This document shows positions 61,268-64,000 of a DNA stretch of 64,000 nucleotides, piece by piece. Under the pieces are notes generated by a model. The model did no database searches. It was not told where the DNA came from and saw only the letters and a program-made list of their open reading frames with translations. The first letter of the stretch is position 1. Each line of letters starts with the position of its first letter. Location: positions 25,236,001-25,300,000 of the forward strand of contig NW_024704743.1 in assembly GCF_018977255.1 (NCBI RefSeq). Reading direction: 5' to 3'. A program made the position numbers and the translations under genes. Source of the DNA: Callorhinchus milii (Eukaryota).

Positions 61268-63673
61268 TCAATAAAAATCAAGGAATTCAGAAGAGTCGGT
61301 TCTGATCATTTCAGAAGCTACCAAGTTGTCGGATAAAAGTTGACAATTTGTCCCACCAATTGTAGTGTGGCATTCTGGGCAGACACCAGTCTCCATCGCC
61401 ATTCCACAGTTTCCAATTGCATAAATGTGCCCATTGCGACACTTATACCAGTGACCCTGAGTCAGCTTCGTAGCATGAACTACCATCAGCTTTTCTCTCT
61501 CTGAAATCTTTCCCTTTGGTAACAGAAATTCCTTCTTCAGTTGATCGATACTTTCCTGTACCCACGGCTCCACACGCTTCTCTTTGTCTTGCAGCACTCG
61601 CAGAAGGTCATTAATTTTGCACTGTGTTTTCAATTCTAACAAACTTCCTTGTTTGTGTATCAAACTCTGTATGAAGTACACATCAGTTAAACATTCAAGG
61701 TGCGAGAGTACAAATTGGATATCTGAAAGCTCCTGATCTGCAAAGAAAACTCTTGGCTTCGTGATCCACTTTGCGCAGAGATTAGTTTCACCTTGAATCT
61801 TCATTTTCTGTACTTGGAGAAGCTGATCTGCTTTTGATTTTAGTTCTGCCACTTTAGAGAGGAGATTGCTTTGGTGTCCCAGCAGTAGCAGCAAGTGCAG
61901 GTTTGGGTTCTGCTCAGCCAACTGTTGCTTCAGGCTTTCAGTTTCCATTGGGAAATATATCAACATTTTCTTCTCTTCTTTTAGAAACTGATCAAGCTGT
62001 TTTCTACAGGTTTCAAGGTATTCTTCATCCCCCACAATTTTAGTTTTGACCATTTCTATTTCAGTCAGGGTCTTCTTAATGACACTGCCATATCGCAGGT
62101 TTCTCCGAATGGGGGTAGAGCACAGAGGGCAAACCTTAAGCTTTATCACTGCCTCATCAGCTTTGTCTTCCTGCATCCAGCTGTCAAATCCAGTCACTTC
62201 AAAGATATGCTGGCAGTCTTCCAGTTGAATAAACTTGGCTTCTGGGTCATCTTCTGTCCCGAAAAATATTTCGGTGACTTCACTCTCGTTGCAAAAGCGG
62301 CACTTGTTCGGACACGGTTCCCCGCACAGGCCAATGCAGGGGTGGCCGCACCCAAGCATTTGACGGCACGGCTTGTTGCACGGCTGCCGGTTGCACGGCT
62401 GGTGGCAGAGCTTTGTGCAGCTGTGGTGCAGGCAAACCCACTCGCAAGGCTCCATGCATGGGATGCACAACTGGCCACACTTCCTCGAACACTTGCTGTG
62501 GATGCACCGATTCTCGCAGGGCCGTGTGCAAGGGGGGCACTCTTTGGTGCAAGGCTCTCGGCACTCGTGCGAACACACCAGAAGCCGCTTGCACGGGGTC
62601 CTACAAGCCGTGTGAAGTTGGCCCTGGGCACAATCGAAGCAGTTGCCATTGCAGATGTGGCCACACTGCAGCTTGACTCTGCACTCCTTGAAGCAGAGCA
62701 GTGGCTCACCTCTCATCTCCGCCTCCTTCTGCCAGTAGCACGTGACTTGCCTTGTGTGGCCGCATTCCAACACAGTACTAACCTGCTCAGAGCACTTCAC
62801 GGTGCAAGGCTCCCCGCAAGATCGGGTGCATTGATGACCGCAATCCAAGGTCTTGGAACAAGGTATTTGGCAAGAAAATGTTTCCGGAGCTTGCGAGCAC
62901 TGCACCTCTTGCTCGTGACCACACTGAGGGATGACTTTGATCACCTTCACCTGGCATTTGCCGCATGGATCGCCACAAAGCTTCGGACACTTGTGTTTCT
63001 GGTCGCAGAGCGTCTTCTGGCATTCTCTGTTACACTTGTACGTTTTGTGCTCCATATCGTAAGGGTGGCAAACACGAGTGCACACGTGGCCGCAGTCAAG
63101 TCGGAAGTCACAGGGTTGCTTGCATCCCCCCTCGGGAACTTGGTCAAAGTCCACAGCAGTGGATACCAAGCTGATGGTTTTCGGATGATTTTGGCAGCAC
63201 AACTTGAGGGCCGGACCCACTCGGCCATTTCTGCGGAGTGTGTCGACTATTTTACCCCACAGCGGGACCTTTGCTAACATGGTCATGTTACCGATGCAGA
63301 ACAAACCTTTCTTTGCTCTGGATAAAGCTACACAGATACGATTCGCTATCTTCAGAAAGCCTGCCCTGCCCTCGAAATTACTCCGGACAAGCGAAAGGAT
63401 TACAATATCGTTCTCTTCCCCTTGGTACTTGTCAACCACACAGACTCGGACACCATTAAATTTGCTCTTAGGCATTTTTTTCCTCAAGCAAAACAACTGC
63501 CCCGAGTAGGTGGTGAGGACAGTTATCTGGGATGGGTCGTATTCTTGCTGGATGAAATAATGGCAGAGCGACTCCACAAACGATGCCTCATGGGAATTCT
63601 GAAAACTCTTTCCTTCCCGGATCTCATCTTCATGTTGCAGGTGTTCAATGAAATAGAGGTTGGTGGAGACTCC
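61268..63673 (-). CDS. ZNFX1: ZNFX1-like (NFX1-type zinc finger SF1 helicase / E3 ligase), last coding exon
   Basis: Acceptor ttttatatcag|GGA (GVSTNLYFIEH). UPF1-like helicase C-terminal motifs VDKYQGEENDIVILSLVRSN and RICVALSRAK, many NF-X1 Cys/His fingers, RING-like CQHIF...CPLC, C-terminal RZ finger HWYKCRNGHIYAIGNCG...CPEC. 2406 nt in frame to TGA; upstream exons lie beyond the window. Confidence 0.92.
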   Translation of the reverse strand, partial: GVSTNLYFIEHLQHEDEIREGKSFQNSHEASFVESLCHYFIQQEYDPSQITVLTTYSGQLFCLRKKMPKSKFNGVRVCVVDKYQGEENDIVILSLVRSNFEGRAGFLKIANRICVALSRAKKGLFCIGNMTMLAKVPLWGKIVDTLRRNGRVGPALKLCCQNHPKTISLVSTAVDFDQVPEGGCKQPCDFRLDCGHVCTRVCHPYDMEHKTYKCNRECQKTLCDQKHKCPKLCGDPCGKCQVKVIKVIPQCGHEQEVQCSQAPETFSCQIPCSKTLDCGHQCTRSCGEPCTVKCSEQVSTVLECGHTRQVTCYWQKEAEMRGEPLLCFKECRVKLQCGHICNGNCFDCAQGQLHTACRTPCKRLLVCSHECREPCTKECPPCTRPCENRCIHSKCSRKCGQLCIPCMEPCEWVCLHHSCTKLCHQPCNRQPCNKPCRQMLGCGHPCIGLCGEPCPNKCRFCNESEVTEIFFGTEDDPEAKFIQLEDCQHIFEVTGFDSWMQEDKADEAVIKLKVCPLCSTPIRRNLRYGSVIKKTLTEIEMVKTKIVGDEEYLETCRKQLDQFLKEEKKMLIYFPMETESLKQQLAEQNPNLHLLLLLGHQSNLLSKVAELKSKADQLLQVQKMKIQGETNLCAKWITKPRVFFADQELSDIQFVLSHLECLTDVYFIQSLIHKQGSLLELKTQCKINDLLRVLQDKEKRVEPWVQESIDQLKKEFLLPKGKISEREKLMVVHATKLTQGHWYKCRNGHIYAIGNCGMAMETGVCPECHTTIGGTNCQLLSDNLVASEMIRTDSSEFLDFY

Positions 63674-64000
63674 CTGATATAAAACCAAACAAATGAGTAC
63701 TTTTAACATGAGGTGCTCGACGTTAGCAAAACCACTGAAGAATAAGCTTACATGCAAGTGAAACATTCAACCATCTGTCTTGCATTAACACTGTCCCAAA
63801 ATTGAAGTTTATCTTTCTCAGCCTAGACATCGATCCTAAATAAACTAAACCAAGCTTAAAATGGAGCAACTTATTAGCCGACCGTTATAAAAATTGATAA
63901 TAATAATCCCTTGATTTCATATAGCCCCTTATCATGGCACTGAGACGTCTCAAAAGCTTCACAGAACATACTAGGAATTTTGTGGGCGAAATATAATAAT

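Noticed and set aside
62207..63277. 356-aa plus-strand ORF and other ORFs overlapping ZNFX1
   Set aside because: Antisense or alternative-frame shadows of the GC-rich zinc-finger exon.
63674..63766. N-terminal MFHLHVSL... of the 832-aa ORF
   Set aside because: Intronic read-through; homology begins after the acceptor at 63674-63675.

Overview
Vertebrate genomic DNA, most likely a cartilaginous fish (inferred from the CR1 and L2 LINEs plus Deu-type tRNA-derived SINEs; not verified). All genes are on the minus strand and form an innate-immune sensor cluster. (1) The large last coding exon of a ZNFX1-like helicase/E3 ligase (63673->61268). (2) A complete NOD1 gene, NOD1-A, with 11 coding exons (43081->21278, 937 aa). 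(3) A second, head-to-tail NOD1 paralogue, NOD1-B (15619->2352), whose last two exons probably lie left of the window. The main finding: the two NOD1 copies are only about 60% identical in protein in the CARD exon 2 and LRR exons, yet a 760-bp tract covering most of the nucleotide-binding (NACHT) core is 98.4% identical in DNA (12 differences by manual count). This points to domain-restricted gene conversion: one shared ATPase/oligomerisation module with different sensor and effector ends. Also present: a decayed duplicate of the NOD1-B CARD exon, a His-to-Cys change in the ZNFX1 RZ finger, a U2 snRNA fragment split by an L2-tail insertion, an L2 LINE nested in a CR1 LINE with a target-site duplication, SINE subfamilies sharing the L2 tail, and micro/minisatellites.
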